A program made the position numbers and the translations under genes. Source: Acidobacteriota bacterium (GTDB lineage: Bacteria; Acidobacteriota; UBA6911; RPQK01; JADFOI01). Taken from it: 64,000 nucleotides of DNA. The DNA lies in assembly GCA_963663035.1 (NCBI GenBank), contig OY760074.1, positions 1,504,001 to 1,568,000 of the forward strand, in the 5' to 3' direction. The notes below the pieces were generated by a model. It made no database searches, was not told the origin of the DNA, and worked only from the letters and a program-made list of their open reading frames with translations. Below are positions 9,442-19,323 of the stretch, piece after piece (positions within the stretch are counted from its first letter, which is position 1; the number at the start of each line of letters is the position of its first letter).

Positions 9442-10680
9442 TTATAAGACTGTGATCTCGATCTTGGCCACACCGTTCCACTCATAACCCGAGGGGTTCC
9501 AGTGAATGGAACCGTCCAGAGGCTGAGTCCGTCCGGCGGCATCAACTGCCCGTGCCCAAACCTCATGCTGACCGGGAGAGAGTTGAAAAGGAGCCGTCCA
9601 GTGGTACCAGGCAAAGGGGCTGGAAGGAGTCTCCAGCTGGGCTCGCTGCCAACTTTCCCCGGCGTTGATGGACACTTCCACCGTCTCGATCCTGACCAGT
9701 CCGTCATTCCAGGCGACCCCTTGAACTTCAGAGCCTTCATCCCCCACCGAATCGCCATCCAGTGGAACCCAGATAAGGCTGTTGATCCTTTGGCGCCAGG
9801 TGGGGCTGGTGTTCTCCAGGGTAATGGGTGGGCTCGTCCCGGGCCCGATGGGTTTGTTGAAGGTTCGATAGCGCGGTATGTGATTGTAGTTGTTGGTTTC
9901 CTGACCTTCGAAGCGCAGTCGAGTGAGCCACTTGACATTCATGGTGCCGTAGTAGCCGGGGACAATGAGTCGGACGGGACCACCATGAACTGCCGGGATG
10001 GCTTCTCCGTTCATCTCCACAGCCAAGATCGCGTTCTCGAGTACGTCCTCCAGCGGAAGACTGTGTTCGAAGTCGGCGGCCTCAGGCGTAGGCGGTGCGT
10101 CTTTTCCCTCTGCCGCTATGAACCTGGCTGCCTGATCAACCTCCAACTTCAGATCCTCGATCAAAACCTTGAGCGGAACACCCTTCCAGCGCACGTTGCC
10201 CAGGCCGCCATTGTTCCACTGGGTTCCTCTGGTCCTGACGGTCTGGGCATAGTGGGCTCGGCCGTTACCCGAGCACTGCAAGACCATCTCCACCTCCGTC
10301 TGCTCGAACCCAGCCAGGTCCTCACCCTTGATGACCCGAGGGTATTTGACCAGGCCGATCATCTCCACAGTCCAATCTTCCAGAGGAAGCGGCCGCATGC
10401 TCAGAGCACCGTTCATGATCTGGTTATTGCGAACGAACAGGAGGTCTTTTGGTGTGATGTGATGCTCACGCAGAAGCTCCAGTGGAGTCTCGGCCACTCC
10501 CGGCTGCCAGTTGTGCACGATCATCCGCCTGTCTTTGCTAATTGCAGCCAGGAAAGAATCGGCTTGGCCCTGCGGGTGGGGTAGCGTCCCTATCGCTGGC
10601 ATCACCCCCGCAGCAGCCGTTCCCAGCGCTGTCTGCTGCAAGAAGGCGCGGCGATTGAGCTTGATTTTGTCTTTACTCAC
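9442..10680 (-). CDS. Tat-exported sulfite oxidase-family molybdoenzyme (SorA-like)
   Basis: Twin-Arg signal LNRRAFLQ, FVRNN, LQCSGNGR (Mo-ligating Cys), HGGPVRLIVPGYYG, VKWL. GTG at 10680 overlaps the end of the upstream gene. Confidence 0.88.
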   Translation of the reverse strand: MSKDKIKLNRRAFLQQTALGTAAAGVMPAIGTLPHPQGQADSFLAAISKDRRMIVHNWQPGVAETPLELLREHHITPKDLLFVRNNQIMNGALSMRPLPLEDWTVEMIGLVKYPRVIKGEDLAGFEQTEVEMVLQCSGNGRAHYAQTVRTRGTQWNNGGLGNVRWKGVPLKVLIEDLKLEVDQAARFIAAEGKDAPPTPEAADFEHSLPLEDVLENAILAVEMNGEAIPAVHGGPVRLIVPGYYGTMNVKWLTRLRFEGQETNNYNHIPRYRTFNKPIGPGTSPPITLENTSPTWRQRINSLIWVPLDGDSVGDEGSEVQGVAWNDGLVRIETVEVSINAGESWQRAQLETPSSPFAWYHWTAPFQLSPGQHEVWARAVDAAGRTQPLDGSIHWNPSGYEWNGVAKIEITVL

Positions 10681-11521
10681 TTGGATCCTCTCCGCTGCCG
10701 CCTCGGTTCCCGCTGGCGGCCGGCCTGAAAAATGGCATAGCCAATATCTTTGGCAGTGTCTGCCAGGTACGATCTCGGAAACTCTTGAGCCCGATGACCA
10801 TCTCCTGATGCCCCTTCGCCGGCTGATCCCGATAGGTGCCCAACAGCCAGTCCCAGCAGGAGAGATTGAAGCCGAAGTTAGAGTTGTGTTCCCCATGGTC
10901 CACGGAGTGATGGACTCGATGCATGTCGGGCGTGACGATGAACCAGCGCAGAACTCGGTCCAGCGGCAGCGGGATACGGACGTTGGCGTGGTTGAACATG
11001 GCCAGTGCGTTGAGCAACACCTCAAAAATAATGACGGCCAGGACAGGAGGTCCCAGGACCGAGACCGCCGCCAGCTTTATGAATACGGATATGACGATCT
11101 CAATGGGGTGGAAGCGGATGCCGGTTGTCACGTCGATGTCCAGGTCGGCGTGGTGGACCAGGTGCAGCCGCCATAGCGCCGGAATGGCGTGAAACATCAC
11201 GTGCTGGACGTAAATAACGCAGTCCAGCACAACCACCGAAACCAGCACCGCGACCCAGTAGGGCACAGAAAAGAGGTTGAACATGCCCCAGCCAAGCTCC
11301 TCGACCATCAAGGCCACTCCCACCACCGCCGCCGGGAAGAGCAGTCGTACCATAAGGGCATCCAACAGAATCACCCCCAGGTTGCCGAACCAGCGCCTGC
11401 TCTTGCTTGCCGTGAGCTCACGGCGGGCAGCCGCCACCTCCCAGATCGCCAAGAGACCGAAGATCCCGAAGAAGAAACCCAGACGAATTACTGACCCGTT
11501 GCTCATGATCCAGTCCGTCAT
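10673..11521 (-). CDS. Sterol desaturase / fatty acid hydroxylase family protein
   Basis: His boxes QHVMFH, HLVHHAD, RFHPIE, FNHAN, HRVHHS; NFGFNLSCWD. Confidence 0.88.
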   Translation of the reverse strand: MTDWIMSNGSVIRLGFFFGIFGLLAIWEVAAARRELTASKSRRWFGNLGVILLDALMVRLLFPAAVVGVALMVEELGWGMFNLFSVPYWVAVLVSVVVLDCVIYVQHVMFHAIPALWRLHLVHHADLDIDVTTGIRFHPIEIVISVFIKLAAVSVLGPPVLAVIIFEVLLNALAMFNHANVRIPLPLDRVLRWFIVTPDMHRVHHSVDHGEHNSNFGFNLSCWDWLLGTYRDQPAKGHQEMVIGLKSFRDRTWQTLPKILAMPFFRPAASGNRGGSGEDPSE

Positions 11522-11562
11522 AAAGTTACTCCTCTTCCTTCCGGAAAAGCATATCAAATCAG

Positions 11563-11595
11563 AGCCCGCATTATGAATAAGTTTTCTGCTACAGT
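11563..11595. repeat. Solo end fragment of a family-B MITE
   Basis: AGCCCGCATTATGAATAAGTTTTCTGCTACAGT closely matches the left end of the 40361 copy. It lies in the divergent intergenic region. Confidence 0.65.
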
Positions 11596-11609
11596 TGACC
11601 TTCTGCGTC

Positions 11610-13364
11610 ATGATGAAGAAAAAGGCCAACAGACCGTCACTCACAACCATAAAATATGCATTCAGGACCATTGTCTGGCCCAGAAGAAAGCTGCTTTTCC
11701 TGGGACTCGTTTTGATCGTCATCAATCGACTTGCCGGTCTGGTTCTGCCCGGCTCAAGCAAATTCGTAATTGACAATGCCATCACTCAAGGGGATCTCTC
11801 GCTCTTGAAGCTGATTCTTCTGGTTGTGGCCTGTGCCATTCTCGTGCAGGCATCGACATCCTTTTTCCTGACCCGGCTCCTGGCTGTCGAGGCGCAGAAC
11901 TTGATCTCTCTTTTGCGGGCCAGGGTTCAGAAACACATCATCTACCTGCCGGTGCGTTATTTTGACAATACGAAATCGGGTGAGCTGGTTTCTCGCATTA
12001 TGACCGACGTGACAGGCGTCCGTAACCTGGTCGGTACAGGCCTGGTCCAGCTGGTGGGAGGGACTCTGACGGCCGTGGTGGCCCTTGTACTGTTGATTCG
12101 AATCAATGCCTTGATGACTCTCTATGTCGTGGTGCCCCTTGCGGCTTTCGGCGTGATCTCTCTGAAAGCATTTGGCTACATCCGGCCGGTTTTTCGGGAG
12201 CGGGGCCAGATCAATGCGGAGGTCACAGGCCGCCTCACGGAGTCATTAGGAGGGATACGAGTTATCAAGGGTTTTAACGCGGAGACACACGAGGTTCAAG
12301 TCTTCGAACACGGCGTGGAACGGCTCTTCCAGAATGTGAAGAAGTCCTTGACTGCCACCAGCCTGGTGACCGGCTCCGCTTCCCTGCTGCTGGGCCTGGC
12401 GGCCGTTGTGATCATGGGCATTGGGGGTTCGATGATCATGGAGGGCGAAATGACTCTGGGAGAGTTCTTCGCTTTCACCATGTACCTGGGATTCCTGATC
12501 TCCCCCATCATCCAAATGAGCAACATTGGCAGCCAGATGACCGAAGCCTTCGCTGGGCTGGACAGAACGGCAGAGCTTCTCAACACGGATCGAGAGATAG
12601 ACGACATCCAGAGAACTCTCGTCCTTCCCGATGTGACAGGAGATATTGCATTTGAGAACGTAAGCTTCTCCTATCAGGAGGAGGTCGAAGTGCTCAACGA
12701 CATCAGCTTCCAGGCTCCAGCCGGCACCGTCACCGCTCTGGTGGGCAGTTCAGGTTCTGGAAAGACCACCATAGCCGGACTGGCAGCTTGCTTCATGAAG
12801 CCCACGACGGGAATAGTCAAAGTCGACGGACAGGACTTGGCCACGGTGACCCTTGACAGCTATCGACGTCACCTGGGCGTTGTTCTGCAGGACGATTTCC
12901 TGTTCGATGGAACCATCCGCGAAAACATACAGTTCGGTAAGCCCCAAGCCAGCCATCAAGAACTGGAAGAGGCTGTTCGGGCTGCCCATGTGAAGGAGTT
13001 TACAGACCGCCTTCCCGAAGCTGTTGAAACGATTATCGGCGAACGCGGCGTCAAACTCTCGGGAGGACAGCGCCAGCGTGTTGCCATCGCCCGGGCCCTG
13101 GTGGCAAACCCAAGGATTCTCATCCTGGACGAGGCCACCTCCAATCTGGATGCGGAAAGCGAGCAGTACATCCAGGAAAGCCTGAAAACCTTAATGAGAG
13201 GACGGACCACACTTGTCATCGCTCACCGCTTGAGCACGATCCGACAGGCCCATCAGATTCTCGTGATAGAAGCAGGCCAGATCGTGGAACGCGGAACTCA
13301 CGACGAGCTGATCAAAAAAGAGGGCCGCTATCATCAGCTCTACACCTACCAGGCCAGAATCTGA
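11610..13364 (+). CDS. ABC exporter, fused TMD-NBD (MsbA/MdlB-like)
   Basis: Walker A GSSGSGKT, signature LSGGQRQR, Walker B ILDEATS, IAHRLST; six N-terminal TMs. Confidence 0.93.
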   Translation: MMKKKANRPSLTTIKYAFRTIVWPRRKLLFLGLVLIVINRLAGLVLPGSSKFVIDNAITQGDLSLLKLILLVVACAILVQASTSFFLTRLLAVEAQNLISLLRARVQKHIIYLPVRYFDNTKSGELVSRIMTDVTGVRNLVGTGLVQLVGGTLTAVVALVLLIRINALMTLYVVVPLAAFGVISLKAFGYIRPVFRERGQINAEVTGRLTESLGGIRVIKGFNAETHEVQVFEHGVERLFQNVKKSLTATSLVTGSASLLLGLAAVVIMGIGGSMIMEGEMTLGEFFAFTMYLGFLISPIIQMSNIGSQMTEAFAGLDRTAELLNTDREIDDIQRTLVLPDVTGDIAFENVSFSYQEEVEVLNDISFQAPAGTVTALVGSSGSGKTTIAGLAACFMKPTTGIVKVDGQDLATVTLDSYRRHLGVVLQDDFLFDGTIRENIQFGKPQASHQELEEAVRAAHVKEFTDRLPEAVETIIGERGVKLSGGQRQRVAIARALVANPRILILDEATSNLDAESEQYIQESLKTLMRGRTTLVIAHRLSTIRQAHQILVIEAGQIVERGTHDELIKKEGRYHQLYTYQARI

Positions 13365-13366
13365 TC

Positions 13367-13579
13367 TAGCCGGGTTTATGCATAGGTTTTCGTGACGAAG
13401 TGCCGCAGGCGCCGCGATGACAAGGCGTGTGAGAGGTACCCGCTTGCGGGTCGAGCCCCGCAGGCGTACTCATGCAGTACGCCGAGGAGCCCAAGGGGTA
13501 CCCGCTTGCGGGTCGCACAACGCAGTCAGCGTGGATGATTGCGGCACTGCAGTAGAAAACTTATGCATAATCCCGGCTA
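13367..13579. mobile_element. MITE-like element, family B, copy 1
   Basis: TIRs TAGCCGGGTTTATGCATAGGTTTTC / GAAAACTTATGCATAATCCCGGCTA, central GGCGTACTCATGCAGTACGCC, two GGTACCCGCTTGCGGGTCG modules. Nearly identical to 44671-44885. Confidence 0.88.
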
Positions 13580-15454
13580 CGGCTTGGGCTGTGAGAAACG
13601 ATAAAAAGCGACCAGCACGGCCACTGCTCCTGCCACCGTTAACACCGTTATCAACGTCTCAGGCAGACCCAGGGCCAAACGGGCGATCCCCAGGCTGGCC
13701 AGCAGCGCAATTCCCACGCCCGTCAGCGATTCTCCTGCGATTATGCCCGAGGCAAAGAGAACGCCGCGATGCAGTCGCCGGTCAGCAGCAGCTTCCTTCT
13801 CGCCAGCACTCACCACATGGGCAAGCAGACCTCCCAGGAGAATTGGCGTTGTCAGTCCGAAGGGCAGATACATGCCCACGGCAATGGGCATAACGTGCAT
13901 GCGAAAGGAGGTATTTTTGCGCTCCAGGATCTTGTCAGCCACCAGGATCACACCCCCAACGGCCACTCCAATGCCAACCATTGGCCAGGGCAGATTGCCC
14001 TGGCCAAAAAGACCTTCCACCAGGCTCTTGAAGAGACTCGCCTGGGGCGCCGATAACTCGCGCCCGCCGATGCCACCGGGGGTGTTGTTGTGGAGCAACT
14101 GCAACACCGGGGCCATCACCAGTGAGGCCGTGGCCACACCCAGGACCTGCATGATCTGCTGTCGGAATGGAGAGGCCCCCACCAGGGAACCGGTCTTGAG
14201 GTCATTACACACATCACCTGATGTACATGCAGCGCAACAGACTATGGCGGCAACACCGAGTGTCGCCACCATGCCCTCCATCCCGCTGAAACCAAAGAGG
14301 AGCAGCAGGCCACCGGTAAAGAGCACGGCCGTGATGGTCATGCCCGAAACCGGACTGTTGGAATTGCCCACCAGCCCCACGATGTAGCTGGCAACCGCCG
14401 TGAAAAAAAAGGCCATGATAATCATGATCACGGTGGTGGCAAGGCTGATGAGTATGTTGCCGGTCAAGACGTAGTACACCACCCCGATCAAGAGCACGAC
14501 CACTATGCTCAGCCCCAGAATCACTCTTGGTGAGATATCCCGGTCTCGCCCGGCAGAATCGTCTGGCCTGTCGGCACCCGTCCCGAGGCGTCTGATTTCG
14601 CGAAGCGCTTGCAAGAGACCGAATCGCACCCTGATGATGGAGGCAACCCCGCCCACAATCATCGCTCCCACCCCGATATAGCGGATCTGGGTGCTCCAGA
14701 GTGTCCAGGCCGCTTCCAGGGAATCACCACCGGAGGATTGGGCACTCAAGAGCGGTATCCCAATAATCCAGGCCAGGGAGCCTCCCATGAAAATCAACAC
14801 CGCAATATTGAGCCGTACAATAAAACCTACAGCCACCAGGGCTGGCGAGATATCGCCGCCAAAGTAGAAAATCCGATCACCCAGCCCAACAACAGCATCC
14901 TCGAGGACCCCCTTTATGACCCCGAAAAAACTGACCAAGGCCTTGAAGATCCCGCCGATGACGGCCCCTAGAACAACACCCCTGGCCTCTGATCCAGTGG
15001 ACTCACCGGCCTTGAGAACCGACGCGCAGGCCACCCCCTCAGGAAACTTCAACTCCGCGCTCGTTTGGACCACGAAGACACGGCGCATCGGTATCATGAA
15101 CAAGACTCCCAACAGCCCACCCGTAAAGGCAATGATGGTCGTCATCAGCAGGTCAAACTCCTGCCAGGCGCCGATGAGCAACAAGGCGGGCATGGTAAAG
15201 ATGATTCCCGCAGCCAGTGACTCGCCGGCAGAAGCCGCTGTTTGCACCTGATTGGCCTCGAGAATGGTCCCACCCCGGAAAAGGCGGCGCAGAATCAACA
15301 TGGCCATGACCGCCGCTGGAATGGAGGCCGACACCGTCATGCCGGCCTTCAGCCCCAGGTACACGTTGGCTGCTCCCATCACCATGGAAAGTACGATGCC
15401 AACAAGGACAGCGCGTAGCGTCAGCTCTTTCATCGGGGTTGTTCGAGAATCCAT
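13577..15454 (-). CDS. OPT family oligopeptide transporter
   Basis: ELTLRAV, NVYLGLKAGMTVSASIPAAV, FPEGVAC, SNSPVSG, DLKTG, APQA. Start uncertain (15433-15472). Confidence 0.92.
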   Translation of the reverse strand: MDSRTTPMKELTLRAVLVGIVLSMVMGAANVYLGLKAGMTVSASIPAAVMAMLILRRLFRGGTILEANQVQTAASAGESLAAGIIFTMPALLLIGAWQEFDLLMTTIIAFTGGLLGVLFMIPMRRVFVVQTSAELKFPEGVACASVLKAGESTGSEARGVVLGAVIGGIFKALVSFFGVIKGVLEDAVVGLGDRIFYFGGDISPALVAVGFIVRLNIAVLIFMGGSLAWIIGIPLLSAQSSGGDSLEAAWTLWSTQIRYIGVGAMIVGGVASIIRVRFGLLQALREIRRLGTGADRPDDSAGRDRDISPRVILGLSIVVVLLIGVVYYVLTGNILISLATTVIMIIMAFFFTAVASYIVGLVGNSNSPVSGMTITAVLFTGGLLLLFGFSGMEGMVATLGVAAIVCCAACTSGDVCNDLKTGSLVGASPFRQQIMQVLGVATASLVMAPVLQLLHNNTPGGIGGRELSAPQASLFKSLVEGLFGQGNLPWPMVGIGVAVGGVILVADKILERKNTSFRMHVMPIAVGMYLPFGLTTPILLGGLLAHVVSAGEKEAAADRRLHRGVLFASGIIAGESLTGVGIALLASLGIARLALGLPETLITVLTVAGAVAVLVAFYRFSQPKP

Positions 15455-15687
15455 ATCTGCACCAGGTCCCATCGATGTGGGTGTAATTTCTGCTCAATGC
15501 TAAGTCTTGAGACGCCGTGAAGGCAATCAAAATCACCAGCTGTGCTTGTATCAGAGGAAATCACAGTGACTATTCCCTTCTTTTTTTCACTTTCTTGATG
15601 ATAGAATCCACGTAACAAATGGTGGTCTCATTTCCAATGGACTATTACGAATCTCATCACAACATCTGAACTGGAGGGCTTTCTATC

Positions 15688-17454
15688 ATGCATCTCTACC
15701 TTTCCTTCCTCGTTTCCTTCTTTCTGGCTATAGGACTGGGTTCGGCTCAAGGTGTGCAGAGCTTGCCACCTGAACTCATCGCCTATTCCGACATCGTCTT
15801 TTACAACGGGAAGATCCTGACAGTTGATGACCAGTTCTCCATCGTCGAGGCTGTGGCCATTCGGGATGGGAAATTTCTGGCCGTGGGAGATGACCAGAGG
15901 ATTCTATCCCTGGCGGGACCCCAGACGCGGCGAGTCGATCTACAGGGCCGCAGCGTGGTTCCCGGCTTTATCGACACCCACCTGCACATGGCCTTTGTGG
16001 GAAATCAATCCAAGGCGGGCACCGGCGAAGAGATCCTGTTCAGGGATGTGGCCAGTGGTCTAGAGGAACTTCGGGCGATTACAGCCAAGTACCCTGCGGG
16101 TATGGAGCTGTACATCGGGGGTCCCAGCAACAAGCCCCTGCTGCTGGACGTGACGCTGGCGGAACTGGACGCTGCGACACCCAATCATCCCGTCGCCATC
16201 ACCTGTCCCAACAACCAGGTGGTCGTCAACAGCCTGATGCTGAAAAAGGTTGCGCTCGATACCCCTGGCGTCCTGAAGGATGAGACTGGCAAGCCCACCG
16301 GTCAGCTTCGGGGTGGGGCTTCAGGAGACATCATCTACGCGGCCATGACCTGGCCCGATATCGAAGACGAGATGGCCCGCCAGATACAGGAGTTCCGGTA
16401 CTATACCTCCCAGGGCCTGACCACCTTCATGGGAAAGACAGAGGGCTTGGCGTTTAGCATCTTCCGGGGCCTCTGGGTCAAAGGCAAGCTGGAACCGCGG
16501 GTTCGGGTCATTCACCAGTTCCTGCGCCAAAATGCCAACCCGGAAGCTTACCTGAAGCGGCTGGGGAACATGACGGACTTCGGGGATGATAAGTTGAAGA
16601 TTACCGCCGTCACGGTGCAGGTCGTCGACGGCTCGAGCGGCACCGGCTCAGCGCGCACCTCAATGTCCAAGCTGATGAACCGTCCTGCCCAGGACCCCGC
16701 TTCGCAATCAGATGCTGGTCGCAGGTTCTACTCTCCTGAGTTGGATCCCTATGGCCCCTACGGCCAGAATAAGTGGGAAGAAACCGGCGACGTCAGCACC
16801 AGCGACCGCCGTAACATCCTCCTGGCTAACCGCTACGGGTGGACTGTTGCCGGGCTGCACAGCAGCGGCGACATGAGCAACACTATCCTGCTTGAAGCTT
16901 TCGAGGAAGCTCACCGCGAGAAATCGCTGGTGGGTCGGCATTTTGGCATCGACCATGGCCTGATGTGGAAACCGGAGCATTTTTCCAAGCTTAAAGAGAT
17001 GGACATTACCCCCAGCGTTTACAGCAAGGCTATGTACGACAACGACGGATTGGTCCAGATGTATGGCGCCGACCAGGTGTACTGGATGCAGCCGGTAAAA
17101 TCGCTGATTGACTTCGGGATCAAACCGGCTGCCGAAGCCGATGACCGTCCACCCTATTCGGCACCGCTTTTCCATATCCAGAATTGGGTGACACGTATCG
17201 ACGACACGGGAAGGCAGCTTGATCCGTCTGAGAAGGTGGACCGCAAGGAAGCGCTGCTGATGTACACTCGCTGGGCGGCGCGCTACAGCGGTGAAGAGCA
17301 CCTCCTAGGATCGATTGAACCGGGCAAGCTGGGTGACCTGGTGGTCCTGGGCGGCGACTATCTGACCTTTCCCGAGAATGAGCTGGACAAGCTTCGCGTC
17401 TTGATGACCGTGGTAGGAGGAAAAGTGATTCACGAGGTAGCGGGTGCTTTTTAG
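15688..17454 (+). CDS. Exported amidohydrolase 3 family (YtcJ-like) protein, paralog 1
   Basis: Signal peptide; NGKILTVD, PGFIDTHLH, GLHSSGD, GIDHG, GSIEPGKLGDLVVL. Confidence 0.87.
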   Translation: MHLYLSFLVSFFLAIGLGSAQGVQSLPPELIAYSDIVFYNGKILTVDDQFSIVEAVAIRDGKFLAVGDDQRILSLAGPQTRRVDLQGRSVVPGFIDTHLHMAFVGNQSKAGTGEEILFRDVASGLEELRAITAKYPAGMELYIGGPSNKPLLLDVTLAELDAATPNHPVAITCPNNQVVVNSLMLKKVALDTPGVLKDETGKPTGQLRGGASGDIIYAAMTWPDIEDEMARQIQEFRYYTSQGLTTFMGKTEGLAFSIFRGLWVKGKLEPRVRVIHQFLRQNANPEAYLKRLGNMTDFGDDKLKITAVTVQVVDGSSGTGSARTSMSKLMNRPAQDPASQSDAGRRFYSPELDPYGPYGQNKWEETGDVSTSDRRNILLANRYGWTVAGLHSSGDMSNTILLEAFEEAHREKSLVGRHFGIDHGLMWKPEHFSKLKEMDITPSVYSKAMYDNDGLVQMYGADQVYWMQPVKSLIDFGIKPAAEADDRPPYSAPLFHIQNWVTRIDDTGRQLDPSEKVDRKEALLMYTRWAARYSGEEHLLGSIEPGKLGDLVVLGGDYLTFPENELDKLRVLMTVVGGKVIHEVAGAF

Positions 17455-17480
17455 CTTCCATATCTTCTGAAACGGAAGAA

Positions 17481-17504
17481 AGGGACAGCCTCTGGGCTGT
17501 CCCT
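17481..17504. repeat. Short hairpin AGGGACAGCC-TCTG-GGCTGTCCCT (REP-like or terminator)
   Basis: Perfect 10-bp stem downstream of the amidohydrolase. Shares GGGACAG...CTGTCCC ends with the hairpin at 58015. Confidence 0.5.
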
Positions 17505-17536
17505 AAACTTGAACAAGAAGACGCTCGAGTTCTACA

Positions 17537-17902
17537 ATGAGCACAATGATTAAAGTTGGAAGTCTTGCTCTCACGCTCTTCCTTGCATTCGGTCTGCTGG
17601 GCATTGGCCTTTCTGTGTGCCGCAACTTCATGGACCTGGAGTGCGCAACTGAAATGGCTGGAGCTTCTCAAAATATGGATCGTTGCGAAAAGATGTGCCA
17701 GTTGGGACAAGACCAATCCCCCGTGGTTCTTGAAAAGGCACAGCCGAAAGTCCCTTCCGATACCGTTGCCGCTTTAGTTCTGCCTACAGTGCCACCTCTC
17801 AGTACTCATCTTCATGGGATTCATGAGACTTCGAGATTCGAAGTTCACAACACCCTCCCTAAAGGAGAAGTGTATCTCCTGAACGCCTCTCTTCTGATTT
17901 AG
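17537..17902 (+). CDS. Small exported Cys/His-containing leader protein of the metal efflux operon
   Basis: Hydrophobic N-terminus, four Cys (including CEKMC), HLHGIH, C-terminal PKGEVYLLNASLLI; directly upstream of cusB. Confidence 0.65.
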   Translation: MSTMIKVGSLALTLFLAFGLLGIGLSVCRNFMDLECATEMAGASQNMDRCEKMCQLGQDQSPVVLEKAQPKVPSDTVAALVLPTVPPLSTHLHGIHETSRFEVHNTLPKGEVYLLNASLLI

Positions 17903-17978
17903 TCTCTCTCCTGTTTTTTGATTCCCTTCCCGTCTCAGGACAACTGTTCTCCAACGCGAGAAAGGTTTCGTGAGGAAT

Positions 17979-19307
17979 ATGAGTAAGAAGTTATCTATCA
18001 GTCTAGTCCTTGTCTGTATCGTCCTGGCTAGTGCCCTTATCTTTTTCTGGAACCAGGCACCAGCATCGTGGTTACAGGAAACATTTACGGGTGAGCATCA
18101 GCTTTTTCCCGTCACAGGCGAGGACGGGGAGATTGAGTACTGGACGTGCACCATGCACCCTTCGGTGAGGCTGATGGAAGCGGGGACGTGTCCCATCTGT
18201 GCGATGGACCTGGTTCCTGTTATGAAGAGCCCGCCTGCAACTTCGGACAATGGGTCGGAGAACTCCGCCCAGCAAATCGCAGGTGATGACTCCACTTTCA
18301 CTGTCGATCCTCGCCGCCAGCAGCTGATCAATGTTCAGACCACTGAGGTCGAAGTTCGTTCTCTGGAGAAAGTCATTCGAACGGTGGCAACCCTGGAGCT
18401 GGACGAGACCAGGATCGAATACGTTCACCCCAGGATTCAAGGTTGGATCGAGGAGGTATTCGTGGACTTCACACTTCAACACGTGAATCAGGGGGATCCT
18501 CTTTTTTCAATTTACAGCCCGGAATTGGTTTCGACTCAAGAGGAGTATTTACTGGCTTTAAAGACTGCTGAGAACCTGGCAGATAGTCCTTTTGAACACG
18601 TATCTGATGGAGCTCGATCTTTGTTTGAGGCCACTCGCCGCAGACTGGAACTCCTCGATGTCACTGACGAGCAAATAGAACAACTCGAGAAAAGCGGGCA
18701 GGTGCAGAAACACTTGATGGTCTATTCCCCGGTCAGCGGCCATGTCATGGAGAGAAACGCCTTTCCCAACATGTATGTCACTCCCGAAACCAAGGTCTAT
18801 ACCATTGCCGACCACACCCAAATATGGGCCTACGTTCAGATCTACGAAAATGAGATTTCTTACGTCCATAAAGGTCAACCCGTCGTGATGAGTACCGCTG
18901 CCTACCCAGGAGAGGCCTTCCGCGGAAACATTACTTATGTCTATCCGCACCTGAATGCAGAGACGCGTACTCTGAGGGTGCGTCTGGAGTTTCCCAATCC
19001 AGACTTGAGGCTCAAACCAGGGATGTACTCCAACATCGAACTCCAGGTGTCTCTTGGGGCTACTCTGGCCGTTCCGGAAAGTGCTGTCTTGAGAACCGGC
19101 AAGCGAGACCTGGTTTTTGTGGATCTGGGATCAGGACAAATGCAGTTACGGCAGGTGGAAATCGGAGCAACGGCAGGCGGCTACTACGAGATTTTAAAAG
19201 GCCTGACAGCCGGTGAGCGAGTCGTCTCTGCTGCCAACTTCTTGATTGATGCCGAAAGCAAGGTGCAGGGAGTGGAGGCGAGCTGGGAAACGCCGAAACC
19301 ACGCTGA
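17979..19307 (+). CDS. cusB: CusB-like RND periplasmic adaptor with N-terminal heavy-metal-binding domain
   Basis: WTCTMHPSVRLMEAGTCPICAMDLVP, IYSPELVSTQEEYL, LKPGMY, FLIDAES. Start 17970 or 17979. Confidence 0.9.
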   Translation: MSKKLSISLVLVCIVLASALIFFWNQAPASWLQETFTGEHQLFPVTGEDGEIEYWTCTMHPSVRLMEAGTCPICAMDLVPVMKSPPATSDNGSENSAQQIAGDDSTFTVDPRRQQLINVQTTEVEVRSLEKVIRTVATLELDETRIEYVHPRIQGWIEEVFVDFTLQHVNQGDPLFSIYSPELVSTQEEYLLALKTAENLADSPFEHVSDGARSLFEATRRRLELLDVTDEQIEQLEKSGQVQKHLMVYSPVSGHVMERNAFPNMYVTPETKVYTIADHTQIWAYVQIYENEISYVHKGQPVVMSTAAYPGEAFRGNITYVYPHLNAETRTLRVRLEFPNPDLRLKPGMYSNIELQVSLGATLAVPESAVLRTGKRDLVFVDLGSGQMQLRQVEIGATAGGYYEILKGLTAGERVVSAANFLIDAESKVQGVEASWETPKPR

Positions 19308-19323
19308 TCGCGAGTTGAAACCA

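Noticed and set aside
10681-11025. N-terminal extension of the 527-aa sulfite oxidase ORF
   Set aside because: It overlaps the desaturase gene in another frame; the Tat signal indicates a start near 10680.
9502-11176. Long antisense ORFs (9502-10584, 10511-11176; also 40920-42071 and others)
   Set aside because: They lie opposite well-supported genes, which is expected in GC-rich coding DNA.
13417-13893. ORFs arising in MITEs (13417-13893, 26600-26959, 44565-44873, 51794-52189) as transposases
   Set aside because: No DDE or HUH motifs; these are low-complexity translations of palindromic DNA.
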